A DNA stretch of 64,000 bases, from positions 14,384,001-14,448,000 of the forward strand of contig NC_043006.1 in assembly GCF_006345805.1 (NCBI RefSeq), in the 5' to 3' direction. The position numbers and the translations under genes are program-made. The DNA comes from Octopus sinensis (taxonomy: Eukaryota). Below are positions 1 to 13,418 of the stretch, in pieces; the first letter of the stretch is position 1; every line of letters begins with the position of its first letter. Under the pieces are notes generated by a model. That model had not been told where the DNA came from and made no database searches. It saw nothing but the letters and a program-made list of their open reading frames with translations.

Positions 1-738
1 TATCTGCCACTAGAGATAAACACTTTACTTCACACATGACAAAAAGAGTCTCTTACTGGACAGAAGGGAGTGGCAAATAAACATAGATTCCTTTTACTGA
101 CAAGAATGAATTTCCACAATTAGAAATTTTAATAATGCCATTGCTTTATTTATTATCATTTTTTTTACTGTTGCATTGTATATTTTTTTGATTCAGAAGA
201 ATGCTTGTCCTCAAAAGATTAAAAGTTATTTTTTTCCTTTAGTCCCATTATAATTCTATGACACTCCCAGTAAACTATGTCAGCTGTTCAACTGTAATAT
301 CTCTATATATAAAGGTTCCTTTTTTTCACCATCATCATCATCATCATCATCATGTAACATACATTTTCCATGTATGTAAATATGTACATATACATGTATG
401 TATATTATGTAGATAGGGTTAAAATCCAAGCTGCGTCCTCTTGAAGTACATCTGTTTATTTATGTATTCCTGGAAGGAAAATGAATGGGTTATTTCCCTT
501 GGCTCTTAAAGGAAAATATGTTGATTATATATGTGGATCCCTTCTAGGGGCCCTGGTCATCCAATTATAAATTTTTATTAAACTTCATTGAGCATAGTAA
601 CAAACTGGATGTTACATGAACATGTTTGCAAAGTTTCATGAAAATTCGTTAATGGGTGTAAATAGCAGCTTGACACAAACAGACAACTTGCATTTATATA
701 TGTATAGATGGGATCTGAGAGATGGAAATGGTGAACCA

Positions 739-850
739 GTTCACCATTACCATCTCTCGAGCTTACTGAATCTTCTCGTCAGTGGTGGAGGTTGACAGGT
801 GTCCTGCTCCCTCTCTGTGTGTCAGGCTAGTGGAGCAGTCATGCTTACAC
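739..850 (-). mobile_element. Short mariner-like transposase remnant
   Basis: Translates CKHDCSTSLTHREGAGHLSTSTTDEKIQ*AREMVM, resembling the GRPSTSTTDEKI linker of mariner transposases. Confidence 0.5.
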
Positions 851-1030
851 TGTAAAACCAGAAAGAAAAATGGCATGATCAGACTCAAATTTCGATCACA
901 TGACCACAGTAGTACAAACTATAAGCATGCATGCACAGAAGTCAATGTAACAATAATAAAGATATCTTATTGTGAAAGTGCAGATAATTTTTGACGTCTT
1001 CTCTTATATGTGTGTGTGTGTGTGTGTGTG

Positions 1031-1087
<57 letters not shown>

Positions 1088-1264
1088 ATATGTGTGTGTA
1101 TGTGTGCAGGAGTGGCTGTGTGGTAAGTAGCTTGCTTACCAACCACATGATTCCAGGTTCAGTCCCACTACATGGTGGGACCTTGGGTAAGTGTCTTCTA
1201 CTATAGCCTTGGGTCGACCAAACCCTTGTTAGTGGATTCGGTAGACAGAAACTGAAAGAAACCC

Positions 1265-1336
<72 letters not shown>

Positions 1337-1597
1337 TGGTGCAAATGGGTTTTTTTTTATACAGTGTGCTGTATTTTACAATCCTGTAAATAATAATAAT
1401 GGTATTTTTGTATAAGCTTAAAGCTTATGGCCATCACCTAAGGAAATAGTCTAGACTAGTTTCCTTAGTCACTGTAAGCTTTAAGCTTATATAAAAATTT
1501 CATAATTATTATTATTTACAGAATTGTAAAATATGGCACCGTATAAAAAAACCATTCACATTGAAATCACATAGAAAGTTTGTTTACATAGAACAAA

Positions 1598-2110
1598 TCT
1601 ATATATATAAAACTGTAGTTGTGTGAGTGTCTGTCCCCTTCGATTTAGATTCCTAACTACTCCCACATTTTGCGGTGCAGTTTAACCAAATTCGGGTATC
1701 TTATAGTCGTGATTCATATCGAGCCTGTCTGAGTATTAGCGTGCATCTACGATGAGTCTATGATTTTAAAAATAATTTAACATCATTTTTTATTCCATTT
1801 TAATGCATAATTTTTCGTGTGTCGATGGCGGCGGAGTTGGCATCCATAGTCACACCTGCACCTGTTTGCTTCTCCCCCTTCTTCCCTCCCTCATGAAGCT
1901 GTGGGGAAGGGAGTGTAAGGAAATCGATGTCGTAAAGTGTTGTCAAGGAGACCAGCGTTCTTTTAGAACAACGACTTCATGGCTTGAAGACACCAAAACA
2001 GAAATGGCTAAGAAAGCCCGAATTGGCATCTATAAGGGAAGTAACTCTCTAAAAATGCTTATATAGTTATTTCCCTTACAAACCCGAGCAACGCCGGGCG
2101 ATACTGCTAG
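1598..2110 (+). mobile_element. Non-autonomous Helitron (family A)
   Basis: A|TCTATATATATAAA ... CCCGAGCAACGCCGGG hairpin ... CTAG|T, no TSD; related copy at 49710-50109. Confidence 0.8.
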
Positions 2111-2152
2111 TACGAACTAATATAGTTCTTAAATTTGACAGAAAGAGGGAGG

Positions 2153-2228
2153 CTAATTTGTTGGTGTAATGGTAACACACTTAGTCATGTTAACAAAGAG
2201 ATGTGGGTTCAAGTCCCACATGGATAGG
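2153..2228 (+). pseudogene. Degenerate tRNA-like sequence or SINE head
   Basis: A box TGGTGTAATGG, D stem GTGT/ACAC, T arm GTGGG-TTCAAGT-CCCAC; acceptor and anticodon stems do not pair properly. Confidence 0.4.
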
Positions 2229-3046
2229 AAATCCTTCTTTTTTTCTGTCGAGGGCTTATATGCCCCTTTATTAGATTCTTTAGTCATTGCACAGTGATTG
2301 CTTTAAGGTTATATAAAAATACCACACACACACACATATATATATGTATGTATGCGTTGTATATGTTTGTGTGCCTATGCTTGTCCCCCCAACATCGCTT
2401 GACAACCAATGCTGGTGTGTTTACATCCCCATAACTTAGCAGTTCGGCAAAAGCAACCGATAGAATAAGTACTAGGCTTACAAAGGATAAGTACTGGGAT
2501 TGATTTGGTTGACTAAAGATAGCACTCCAGCATAGCCACAATCAAATGACTGAAGCAAATAAAAGAGTAAAAGAATATATATATTATGATTCACATTATA
2601 GAATTTAAAATATACTTGTCTAAATAAAGTTATCAGATGTTTCACATGATGCTGACTAAGAATAACAACCAGGATTGAGGAAACAAATTCATTTTTTTCG
2701 GTAATGTGAAGACATGGCATGGGGTGATAATGTTTTTTATTGTTTTTTTTCTTTCTTTTTTTTTTCCTTTTTTTATATTGTTGATACTACATCTTGGATT
2801 CCTTCATCTTCAGTGAAAATCATGTCAGGCAACAAGGAAATATTACTTTGTTTGGAAGCAGAGAGGTCATCCTGCCTTGGAAAAATTTGCCTCAACAAAT
2901 TCTGTCTGAGGAGGGGAAATATGGGAATGTGATTATAGGGTACCCTGATAATAGGAATGATAGGGTGAGGTGGTAGAGGGGATGTCAGCAGTAGCAGAAG
3001 GGGGTGGGGGTGGAGGCAGCAGTGGAGACCACTATGGCAGCAGCAG

Positions 3047-3812
3047 TGGTTGTGGTGGTGATGATGATGATGGTGGTAGTGGTGGTGGTTGTAGTGATGA
3101 TGATGATGGTGGTAGTGGTGGTGGTGGTGGTGGTTGTAGTGATGATGATGATGATGGTGGTGGTTGTAGTGCTAGTGGTGGTGGTGGTGGTGGTTGTAGT
3201 GATGATGGTGGTGGTGGTGATGGTGGTGGTGGTGGTTGTAGTGATGATGGTGGTGGTTGTAGTGGTGGTGGTGGTGGTGGTGGTGGTTGTAGTGGTGGTG
3301 GTGGTGGTGGTTGTAGTGATGATGGTGGTGGTGGTGATGGTGGTGGTGGTGGTTGTAGTGATGATGGTGGTGGTTGTAGTGGTGGTGGTGGTGGTGGTGG
3401 TGGTTGTGTGTGGTGGTGGTGGTGGTTGTAGTGATGATGATGATGGTGGTGGTGGTTGTAGTGATGATGATGATGGTGGTGGTGGTTGTAGTGATGATGA
3501 TGGTGGTTGTAGTGGTGGTGGTGGTGGTGGTGGTGGTTGTAGTGGTGGTGGTGGTGGTGGTTGTAGTGATGATGATGATGGTGGTGGTGGTTGTAGTGAT
3601 GATGATGGTGGTGGTGGTGGTTGTAGTGATGATGGTGGTGGTTGTAGTGGTGGTGGTGGTGGTGGTGGTGGTTGTAGTGGTGGTGGTGGTGGTGGTTGTA
3701 GTGATGATGATGGTGGTGGTGGTGGTTGTAGTGATGATGATGGTGGTGGTGATGGTGGTGGTATTGGTGGTGTTGGTTTTAGTGTTCGTGATGGTGATGG
3801 TGATGGTGATGG
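3047..3812. repeat. Compound trinucleotide satellite (GGT)n-TGTAGT-(GAT)n
   Basis: Read directly; it generates the poly-V/G/T/H ORFs in the track. Confidence 0.9.
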
Positions 3813-4260
3813 GGGTATGCTGATGCTGATAGGGTGAGATGGTGGCTGTGGTGGTGAACACGGATTGAATAATACAGCTAGAATTTAAGTAGCTTACAAC
3901 CCAAGCCACGCTACCAATTTCTCTTTTAGCCAGAGCTAATTGAAACTTGAGAAAAATACATTGTGTCACATTTACTTCACAAGAGCAAGTGAACTTTTCC
4001 CGCTCTCCCATTAAGCGTTTCATGTTGTAATGGGTAACGAACGCAGAGAGCAAGTACTGACATAGAAATAACATTGGTTATGTTCTTTTAGTAAATTACT
4101 TCACTGATTATTTTGTTGGGTAAAGGCTGCGGAGGGGAAACAGTCAGTATTTGACATTTCAAGTTCAGTAGATGAAGAGCTGCTAACATAGTTTTTTATC
4201 TTTACTTTCATGTTGTGGGGGGGGGGGGATATTTTTATGTCGAAATTCTGAAATTCTGCG

Positions 4261-4291
<31 letters not shown>

Positions 4292-4487
4292 TGATACTGT
4301 TATGATATCTTGTAATTTGAGTTGATAAACCAATTAACCCTTTTGATACTAACCTGCTCTGGTTCTGTGGCTTGTGGCAAAAAGACCTCCCAGATTCATC
4401 AGTTTTCATAAATGCTTCAACAGCAAACACGCAGTGTGCACTGGTTCAAACCATAATTGTAACGGAAAAAAAATAATAAATGGTATA

Positions 4488-4810
4488 GGCGTAGGAGTGG
4501 CTGTGTGGTAAGTAACTTGCTTACGAACCACATGGTTCCGGGTTCAGTCCCACTGCATGGCACCTTGGGCAAGTGTCTTCTACTATAGCCTCGGGCTGAC
4601 CAAAGTCTTGTGAGTGGATTTGTTAGACGGAAACTGAAAGAAACCCGTCGTATATGTATATATGTATGTCCCCCACCACTGGTGTTGGTTTGTTTACATC
4701 CTAGTAACTTAGTAGTTCAGCAAAAAAAAAAATAGAATAAATGAGAAACTTCAAAAAAATAAGTATTAGCATTGATTTGTTCAGTGAAACCCTTGACTGA
4801 GAACAAGCAG
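4488..4810 (+). mobile_element. tRNA-derived SINE, family 1
   Basis: GGCGTAGGAGTGGCTGTGTGGTAAG ... GGGTTCAGTCCC ... CCTTGGGCAAGTGTCTT; more than 10 copies in the window. Confidence 0.8.
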
Positions 4811-5026
4811 AAAATAAGAGATAAGTAAAAATCTATCAAAATTTCATGTTGGTTTATGTTCCAAACACTAGTTTAATAATGATAGAATTTTACTAAATTT
4901 ACCATTATTTTCAAACTTAATACAAAGATAGAGTATTTAAACAGAAATTTTGAAAGTAATGGTAACAAGAGGGTTAAAGTGAACTAAATTAAAGACTTCC
5001 CGGACAATTTCCTGAAGATTTATATT

Positions 5027-5462
5027 CTTTTACTCTTTTACTTGTTTAAGTCATTTGACTGTGGCCATGCTGGAGCACTGCCTTTAGTCGAGCAAATCGA
5101 CCCCGGGACTTATTCTTTGTAAGCCTAGTACTTATTCTATCGGTCTCTTTTGACGAACCGCTAAGTTACGGGGACGTAAACACACCAGCATCGGTTGTCA
5201 AGCGATGTTGGAGGGACAAACACAGACACACAAACACATATAAACACACACGCACACACACACACACATACACACACACACATATAAAATTATATATACG
5301 ACGGGCTTCTTTCAGTTTCTGTCTACCAAATCCACTCACAAGGCTTTGGTGGGCCCAAGGCTATAGTAGAAGACACTTGCCCAAGGTACCATGCAGTGGG
5401 ACTGAACCCAGAACCATGTGATTCTTAAGCAAGCTACTTACCACACAGCCACTCCTACGCCT
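5027..5462 (-). mobile_element. tRNA-derived SINE, family 1 (full length)
   Basis: Reverse complement of the same consensus, with an internal TG/TA tract and an (AGTAAAAG)n tail. Confidence 0.85.
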
Positions 5463-7045
5463 ATATATATTCCAAACATTAGTTTAATAACAATGTTATT
5501 TTTCTAAATACTTCATTATTTTCAAAATCAATCAAAATTAATCAAAACAAAGGCAGTGCGTTTCAATGGAAATATGGTAACAAAAGGGTTAAAGGGAACT
5601 AAATTAAAGCTGTCTATCAAAATTCCATGTAGATTTATATTCCAAATTCTACTTTAATGACAACAATGTTATTTTTCTAAATTCTTCATTATTTTCAAAA
5701 CTGATCAAAACAAAGGCAGTGTATTTTGGAAGGAATACGGTACCAAAATGGTTAAAACAATAGTTTAGAGATTGTTCTATCTCTTACACCCTATAAAACT
5801 TGTTATTTTCTCATTCCTCTTTCAAATAATTTCTTTCTTAGATATTTCAGCAAATAATTTGTTTATCCTTCGTATTAAATCTTGAACTATGACCTTTGGC
5901 TTTTATTCATGATAATATATTTAGACATTCCTAGCTTAAATGTACTCTTCAGTTTAAATTTGACCTATGAGGAATTGAAAATATATACTCATAACATTGT
6001 TTATTTATCAAATCTGTTTTATTTACATTTAATATGACATTTATTCCTCTATCTCTATTCCTCTGTTGTACTTTAACCTCTCAACTGGCACAAAGTCTTC
6101 TCCCTCAGTATCACTTCCACTCCAAGCTGAGAGATCTTTGTTTTGCATGTTACTTGGCAGCCCCACAGGTGCTGGTGCCACATAGAAAAGTACTCAGCAG
6201 ACTCTGTAAAGTGGTTGGCATTAGGAAGGGCATCCAGCTGTAGAAACCATGCCATACCAGACAATGGAGCAGATTCTATAAAGTGGTTGGCATTAAGAAG
6301 GGAATCCAGCTGTAGAAGCCATGCCAAGCCAGACAATGGAACCTGGTGCTGCTCTCTCTCTGGCATGCTAGCTCCTATAAAACCATCTTACCTATGCCAG
6401 TATGGAAGATGGAGATTAAATGATGATAATGATAAGGATTTAGTCTCTGTAAAATAAAACAATTGCTCTGTAGCGAACGACCATACGCAAAGGAGTTGGT
6501 GACAGAAATGTCTGCTTTTAAACACTGTACAGTCGTCTACAAAAGAGGAAACCAAATACATGGTATAAAAGAATAAGAGAGAACACAACAGTTTTACTGT
6601 TTGAGAGAGAGAAAAACTTTATTTACAGATGTGTACAATAATGATATGAGCATGTGTGAGCGCTAGCAGAGTGTAGTGTCTGAGTGCATGCGACAAGTGT
6701 GTCTGTGTGTCCGTCGTAAGTACAAAAACGGTGCGTGCAACAAGTGTTTGTGTTCGTGTGTATTATAAAAGTGAGACATAAAGAACAAATAGAAATGTCC
6801 AGACACAAGATGGAGATAAATTACAAGTTCGTACAGGTACACAATAGTAGTTCGTTCTGTGTCAATGAAGTTGGTGGCAAAGAGAAGAGCGGTTACTACG
6901 TGTGTAGAAGTTGGTGCTTCGAATGTTTTTTCGTGTGACACCAGTACAAGTGCCAGTAATGTGACGCAGGTAACAGTCACGCTTGAATGGTGCTTTTTAC
7001 GTGCCACTGCACGGAAGCCAGTTTGTTGCTCTGGCAACAATCAGA

Positions 7046-7280
7046 AGGCGGCGAGCTGGCAGAAACGTTAGCATGCCGGGCAAAATGCCTAACGGTATTT
7101 CGTCTGCCATTACATCCTGAGTTCAAATTCCGCCGAGGTCGACTTTGCCTTTCATCCTTTCGGGCTTGATAAATTAAGTACCAGTTACGCACTGGGGTCG
7201 ATGTAATCGACTTAATCCGTTTGTCTGTCCTTGTTTGTCCCCTCTGTGTTTAGCCCCTTGTGGATAGTAAAGAAATAGGT
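7046..7280 (+). mobile_element. tRNA-derived SINE, family 2
   Basis: GGCGGCGAGCTGGCAGAAACG ... GAGTTCAAATTCC ... GCCTTTCATCCTTTCGGG ... AAGTACCAG; copies at 26975, 29130, 38622, 48815, 53904, 55676 and 57429. Confidence 0.8.
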
Positions 7281-7859
7281 ACTCTTAGTGCTCCACTAGC
7301 ACGGATGCCAGTCATCAAATTTGATTTCAATTTCGATTTCACTTGCCTCAACAGGTCTTATAAGTATATGCCTATATACATACATATATGTACATACCTA
7401 TATATATATGTATATATACATGCATATATGGGTACAGGACATCAAAAAACGTGACCAAAAAGAGAAACAAGAACATAAAAAAACAAAGAAAACAAACTTG
7501 AACAACGAAAGAAACAAATAGAGAAATGAGACAGGCAACATTTCCTTCATCAGTTGTCCCCTCTTTTATCTACTCCCTTCATCAGTTGTCCCCTCTTTTA
7601 TCTACTCCTTGTTTCGAAGGTAAGGATATATATATATACACACACACATAAACATACACAATGGGCTTCTTTCAGTTTCTTTCTCCCAAATTCACACACA
7701 AGGCTTTGATTGACATGGAACCTTTGTAGGAGACATTTGCCCAAGGTGCAGCACAATAGGACTGAACCTGAAACCACATGGTTTGGACGCAAACTTCTTA
7801 CCATTTTCCCACAGTCAAAGCTAGACAGGATTTACTTCATCTTATATCAACTCAAGAGG

Positions 7860-8468
7860 GATTTCATTAAGTGTGACCATAACCTTGTGGCCTATGCAAG
7901 GGGTGTAACCAGTCCACTTATGTGTGCCTTTTCTTCATTGGACACTAAACTCTGCTTGCGAAGACCAGTTGAGGCAAGTGAATTCGAAGTCGAAATCAAA
8001 CTCAGTGACTGGCATCCGTTGCTAGTGGAACACTAAGAGTACCATACGAGTGAGATCGTTGCCAGAGCAACAAGCTGGCCTTCGTGCCGATGGCACGTTA
8101 AGCACACCATTCGAGCATGATCGTTACCACGTCACCTTACTAGCACTTGTGCTGGTGGCACGTGAAACATTCGAGCGAGGTCGTCGCCAGTGCCACTGGA
8201 CTGGCTCCTATGCAGGTGGCATGTAAAAAGCACCATTTGGGTGTGGCCGTTGCCAGTACCACCATACTGGCCCTCGTGCCGGTGGCATGTAAAAGTACCC
8301 ATTACACTCTCGGAGTGGTTGGCATTAGGAAGGGCATCAAGCTGTAGAAACTCTGCCAGATCAAGATTAGATCCTGATCGACCCATCTGGTTCGCCAGCC
8401 CTCAGTCAAATCGTCCAACTCATGCTAGCATGGAAAGCAGATGTTAAATGATGATGATGATGATGATG
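7860..8468 (+). mobile_element. RTE-type LINE 3' end with (GAT)n tail
   Basis: AGGAAGGGCATC ... CATGCTAGCATGGAAAG ... (GAT)n; same family as the copies that retain RT C-terminal coding sequence. Confidence 0.75.
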
Positions 8469-9359
8469 AAAAGCTCGAAATCTTTTTCTTTCATTTTTTA
8501 TCTCAATATTTCATTATAAAAGAAAATATGCTCACCCACATACACAATCATCATCATCATCATCTTCATCAACATTGTCAATATTTTTATGTCCATTTTT
8601 CAATGACAGCATGGGTTTGTCAAAACATATTGAGGCACATATTCTACAGCTGGGTGCTTTTACTGTCACCTAGTACCACTTGTTTTTCCATTTAAGATAT
8701 TTTTCATTCTACTGGTGGACACATATCCACAGAACTAAGGAATGTTTGTTCACTGGAGATTGCAAACAATGCATGTGTGTACATTTTGGTATGTATATTA
8801 CTGAGAACAAATATCTACTTGTATACTATATTGCTCATATATGTCACTTAATTTCTTCTTTTGAATGTGTGTTACAAGTTGGTATAAAAAGAATGAATGT
8901 TTAAGATTCCAAATCTATATTTCTGGGGTGAAAATGTCTTAGAGTGGGATAGCCATTGAGAAGAGTTTTTCTATAGTCAGACTATGGTATGCTAATTACT
9001 TGTGGATGTTAATAATACAAGTTCTAATTTCAAGTCCTGCTCTGTCCTCCTTTTCTTTATATATATATAAATATATGCCTGTGTGTATGTGTATAAATGT
9101 ATACATAAATATGTGGTGTATATATACATAGATATAAATACAGACATACATATGTATACATATGTGTGTGTGTATATAAACATATACATACATATGTACG
9201 TACGTACATACACACACATACATACATACATACATACATATATACATACATATGGAAACTAGCTCCCTCCTCAGTGGAAGATTTGTAATAATTATAAAAA
9301 AGAAGAGACATACATACATACATATATACATACATACAGATATAGACAAACAGACAGAC

Positions 9360-9890
9360 ATAAAGACAAGGACAACAATTCTTACCCTTTCAACTGAGAA
9401 TAGAATAATTGTCTCTGATAGCATACACATTTCAAAGGGAATATTCCAAGGAGTTAGTCTTTCTGTACTTCTTTTAATTTTGGCACTGAACCCATTATTG
9501 TTCCTACTGCAGAAAACAAATGGTTACATGCAAGGATCTTCAACTGCTAAAAATATCAATGTAACTCGTAATTCCTTTGTAGACGACCTGAAGATTTATG
9601 TTAAAAGAGTTAACAATGCCAAAACAACAACTGGAATTAATAACATTTTCAGCTGATATAGTCATGGAATTTGGCCAAAAGGAATGTTCATATCTGGTTA
9701 CAGACTGAGGAAAGTAAGTCCCCAAACCCCAAACCCATGTATCAACAGTCTCTCTGTCTTCCCATTTCCACACAAAGAATGTTACGAGTACTTAGGCACA
9801 GACGAAAATGCATCATATGAAGGCACTGTGAATAAAGATAGAGTGACCTGAAAATATTATACCAGACTTAGGAAAATATGGTCCTCATAA
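9360..9890 (+). mobile_element. Decayed non-LTR reverse transcriptase fragment (R4/Dong-like)
   Basis: GIFQGVSLSVLLLILALNPL ... SFVDDLKIY ... YEYLG match RT motifs (QGDSLS, YxDD, YLG); stops and frameshifts present. Confidence 0.75.
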
Positions 9891-9929
9891 TGCTTTGCAG
9901 CATCACATTCATATCCCTGAATGACAGCT

Positions 9930-10540
9930 GTATTAACCATAGCCTCAGGATAAGGCTGGAACTTGGCACATGCATTCCTTATTGTGTTCCTCAGAAGATC
10001 AATGAGCAGCTATTTGATCTTGGCAACCTGGTCAGGCTTGGTGTTGCAGGCAGAGTGGTTGGTGTCTTTCTCAATGCTGCCCCACACATAGTAATCTATG
10101 GGATTACAATTGGGGAAATTAGGGGGCCAGAAATTGCGGTTAGTGAAGTCAGAAATTCTCCCAAAACCACTTCTGACACTTTCCTGAGATATAGCAAGGA
10201 GCCGAATCCTAATGTAAAACATCTTGCTTTCCAGCAGAAACCATCTAAAGCCAGGGTTTGACCACAATCTTCAGCAGTTTCACAGAGTTGTCTGAATTGA
10301 GCCTAAGGCTCGGTTGTGAGATAGCATGACATCACCCTCACTGAAGACACTCAAAGACCATCACATTCTTGGGGAACTTGGTTTCCATAATGTCCGTGTC
10401 ACATCTTACAGTCTTCACAGAACATTGAAGAGCAGTCATTATGTTGGTATTCAAATACCTGGTACCTCTCTTTTCCAGTATTCAGATGGCTTCCAGTCCT
10501 CCAAATCAGTTAACTTTTTCTCAGCTACATCTTTATTCTC
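9930..10540 (-). mobile_element. Decayed Tc1/mariner transposase fragment
   Basis: NFWPPNFPNCNPIDYYVWG resembles the WPPNSPDLNPxD catalytic motif. Confidence 0.75.
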
Positions 10541-10569
10541 TCCAACACCATGTTTACTTTATATATTTA

Positions 10570-10957
10570 TACATATATAAAGCTGAAGTTGTCTGTGTAT
10601 GGCAGGTTTGGTAGCCTTCAACTAACACTATCTCCTCCGAGACCCTGCGGTGCAAGTTGACCAAAATTGAGAGTATGATAGAGGAAGGCTTGCTCTTCCT
10701 TCCATAGAAGAAAAAATTCAAATCGGACCATGTTAACACCAAAAATTATTTACATCAAAAATATGCTTTTTTTCTATGAAAATCTCTATTTTTTACGATT
10801 TTTTGACTGCTGTGTCGCCATTTTTCATTGTATTTTAACCAGAAAAATGTTCACTTAAAGAGAATAACAAGCTACATAATGCAAAGTATTTACTTTTCAA
10901 AAATTCCAATTCTAAAGAGTCGAAACAAACCCAAGCAACGCTGGGCGATACTGTTAG
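10570..10957 (+). mobile_element. Non-autonomous Helitron (family B)
   Basis: Near-identical to 43185-43577 and to the reverse complement of 32233-32624; 3' hairpin, terminus mutated to TTAG|T. Confidence 0.75.
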
Positions 10958-11370
10958 TACATATATATACTAATGACAAGCAAGTTAGGCAAGTTGTTTT
11001 ACACTGAATATTAAATACAATTAATACAAAAAATGTATGAATGTATGCATATAAAACAGTCCGATTTACACAGACTATTAACGCTAACCCTAAAATCTAT
11101 TTTATCCTCCCACTACTCTCTACCTAAATACTTCCAACTCCCCTTCCTATTACACTTAGTTCTCCACAAAATCATCCCATCTTTAAACTCCATCCTGTCA
11201 ACACCTCAAATGTAAAATTCTCCCCTGAAGATAGCGGCAGTGTTATCCGATAATGGAACCAGGTAACTATCATTATTCTGGACCACCAAGACCCCAGAAA
11301 CAGCTCCTAAAACTCAATCCATTTAACTCTTGGTATCATATTCTGTGTAAGTCAGACTATTTTATATGTA

Positions 11371-11892
11371 CTGTAAATCCTTGAGTATAGTCTAATCTTG
11401 AGTATAATATGCAGGGGATTTTCAGAGGGCTGTACCTCTGAAAAACCTAAACCATGTGTATAATACGCACCCCTTCTCTAACATGAGTCGCATGTAATTA
11501 AGTCAGCAGCACCTAGTCGAACTAACACTTCAGCGCATGCATAATACAATAATGGTGATGTTCTTAACTGTTATATGGGAATGTAAATATGTTTGCAAAT
11601 TGTTTTTGTTATATGTTATTCTGTGTTCTGAATACTTTTATTTTAATAAATGTTGCTTACTTCAAGTTATAGATGATTCTTTTATGACTTCATTGCTTTC
11701 AGGCTTGGCTTAAGGTATTTTCGCTCCCGACATCACAAAATGCGTCTGAATAAACATTGCCGGACAGCAAATAGAGACTTGGACATTGCTTAGAAAATGT
11801 TTTTCCTTTTTAACCTCGTATATAGTACACACTAGGGATTTTGACCGTTAAATTTTGGGAAAAAAATGCGGATTATACTTGAGGATTTACGG
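11371..11892. mobile_element. Tc1/pogo-like MITE
   Basis: TIRs CTGTAAATCCTTGAGTATA / TATACTTGAGGATTTACGG flanked by TA. Confidence 0.7.
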
Positions 11893-12044
11893 TATACATA
11901 TGTACATTTTTTGTATCAAATGTATTTAATATTCTGTGTAAATCAACTTTCTTAACTTGCTTGTCCTTACATTTACTCCTCTACATGTGCAAGTTCAAAT
12001 CTCTTGAACACCACAAAGTGTATTCTATAAAGAGAATACCTTCT

Positions 12045-12086
<42 letters not shown>

Positions 12087-13048
12087 CGTGACCAACCAGG
12101 CTATCAGATGTTGCTACACATTGCTGTCCCGTTTATATATATATATATATATTCAAAATAGGCAACAAGGATATCCAAGGTAGTGTAGTACAATCGTTTC
12201 ATGCTACTTTATTTTATTAAACACTGTAAGTATTACATCAGTTTTAAAATGTGGAGTAACCTGATGTAAAACTGATGTAATACTTACAGTGTTTAATAAA
12301 ATGAAGTAGCATGAAATGATTGTACTACACTACCTTGGATATCCTTGTTGCTTATTTTGATTATAATCACCCCATTTGATTTATATGGATAATACCATAC
12401 AAAATTCTGGTGCCTTTAACATAAGTACCATATTCATCTGAATCTAAATTTTGCTGAACTATATATATATACACACATACTCACACACATCTACACTCAT
12501 ATGAGTATAGTGGTTGGACAAATAATGGAAACACCATTTATTATTTAACTATTATTCTGTTGACAATATAAGAAATTGAAAACTGTACAAGTTTGTACAT
12601 ATGTATTCATATACATTGTATATACTTTATATATCATGATATAGCCTTGCTTTCTTGGTTTGCAAATATTTATATTTAGGTAAGTTAAAATGCATGACCT
12701 ATCTGATTTCCAGAGAGGAAAAATTGTTGGAGCATGGATGGTTGGAGCTTCAGTCATTAAAATTGCTGAACTGTTTAATGTTTTGAGAGGTACAGTCTCT
12801 AAAATCATGTTGGTATTTCAAAACCAAGGTAAAACTAGCTCTAGCGAGCATAATACTGGCAAAGCTCTCAGAGAGACCACAGAATGATAAAACCATCAAT
12901 CTATGACAGCAAAAGAAACAGCAGAGCTATACCAGAACCTTGACAACTTCATGTCAGCTAAAGCTGTTTGTTGTGAGCTCCATAAAGCTGAATATCATGG
13001 GTGGGTTGCAACTGCTAAACTTCTTTTATACCCCATCAACATTGATAA

Positions 13049-13418
13049 TCTCTCTCTATATATATAAACGGCAAAATGTCTGTGTGTGTGTGTCCTTTAT
13101 ACAAATCCACAATTTTTCAGTTAGAGGGCTCGCACTTTCTATGGTCATTCAAAACCGTCCAAGGGTGGTCATGCACATCTTTACATTTCCCCAGTCACTC
13201 CACAAAGCCATTAAAAAATCAATAGAAGTGACTTTTTTGTGAATTTTCTATCCAAAACCAAATCAAAATGCCTGAAACTTGATACACCAATTGAATGCCA
13301 ACTAGCTGTATGTGATTGGTCGGAGATTTGGACAGTACTCGCGTCTATGTGCGCACGCACTCAGCTGTATATGCATGCACTAGCACTATGACCCGGCATT
13401 GCCAGGTCATAGTGCTAG
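13049..13418 (+). mobile_element. Non-autonomous Helitron (family C) inside the Tc1
   Basis: A|TC ... ACTAGCACTATGACC-n-GGTCATAGTGCTAG|T; inverted copy at 51096-51463. Confidence 0.8.

Noticed and set aside
766-849. Apparent exon with good AG/GT sites (CKHDCSTSLTH...)
   Set aside because: The peptide resembles a mariner transposase linker that continues past the donor with a stop codon; no partner exons were found.
2153-2228. Functional tRNA gene
   Set aside because: Acceptor and anticodon stems do not form; kept only as a degenerate tRNA-like sequence.
2970-4074. Gly-rich, poly-Val or Thr/His-rich proteins (139-300 aa ORFs)
   Set aside because: All frames are open only because of a trinucleotide satellite; the triplet phase shifts near 3405 and there is no flanking domain or splice support.
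6469-6940. Solo LTR
   Set aside because: TG..CA ends and an AATAAA are present, but there is no matching TSD or second copy.
7540-7625. Hammerhead ribozyme (minus strand CTGATGA x2, GAAAC)
   Set aside because: Stems I and III cannot be formed; the duplicated core comes from a short tandem duplication.
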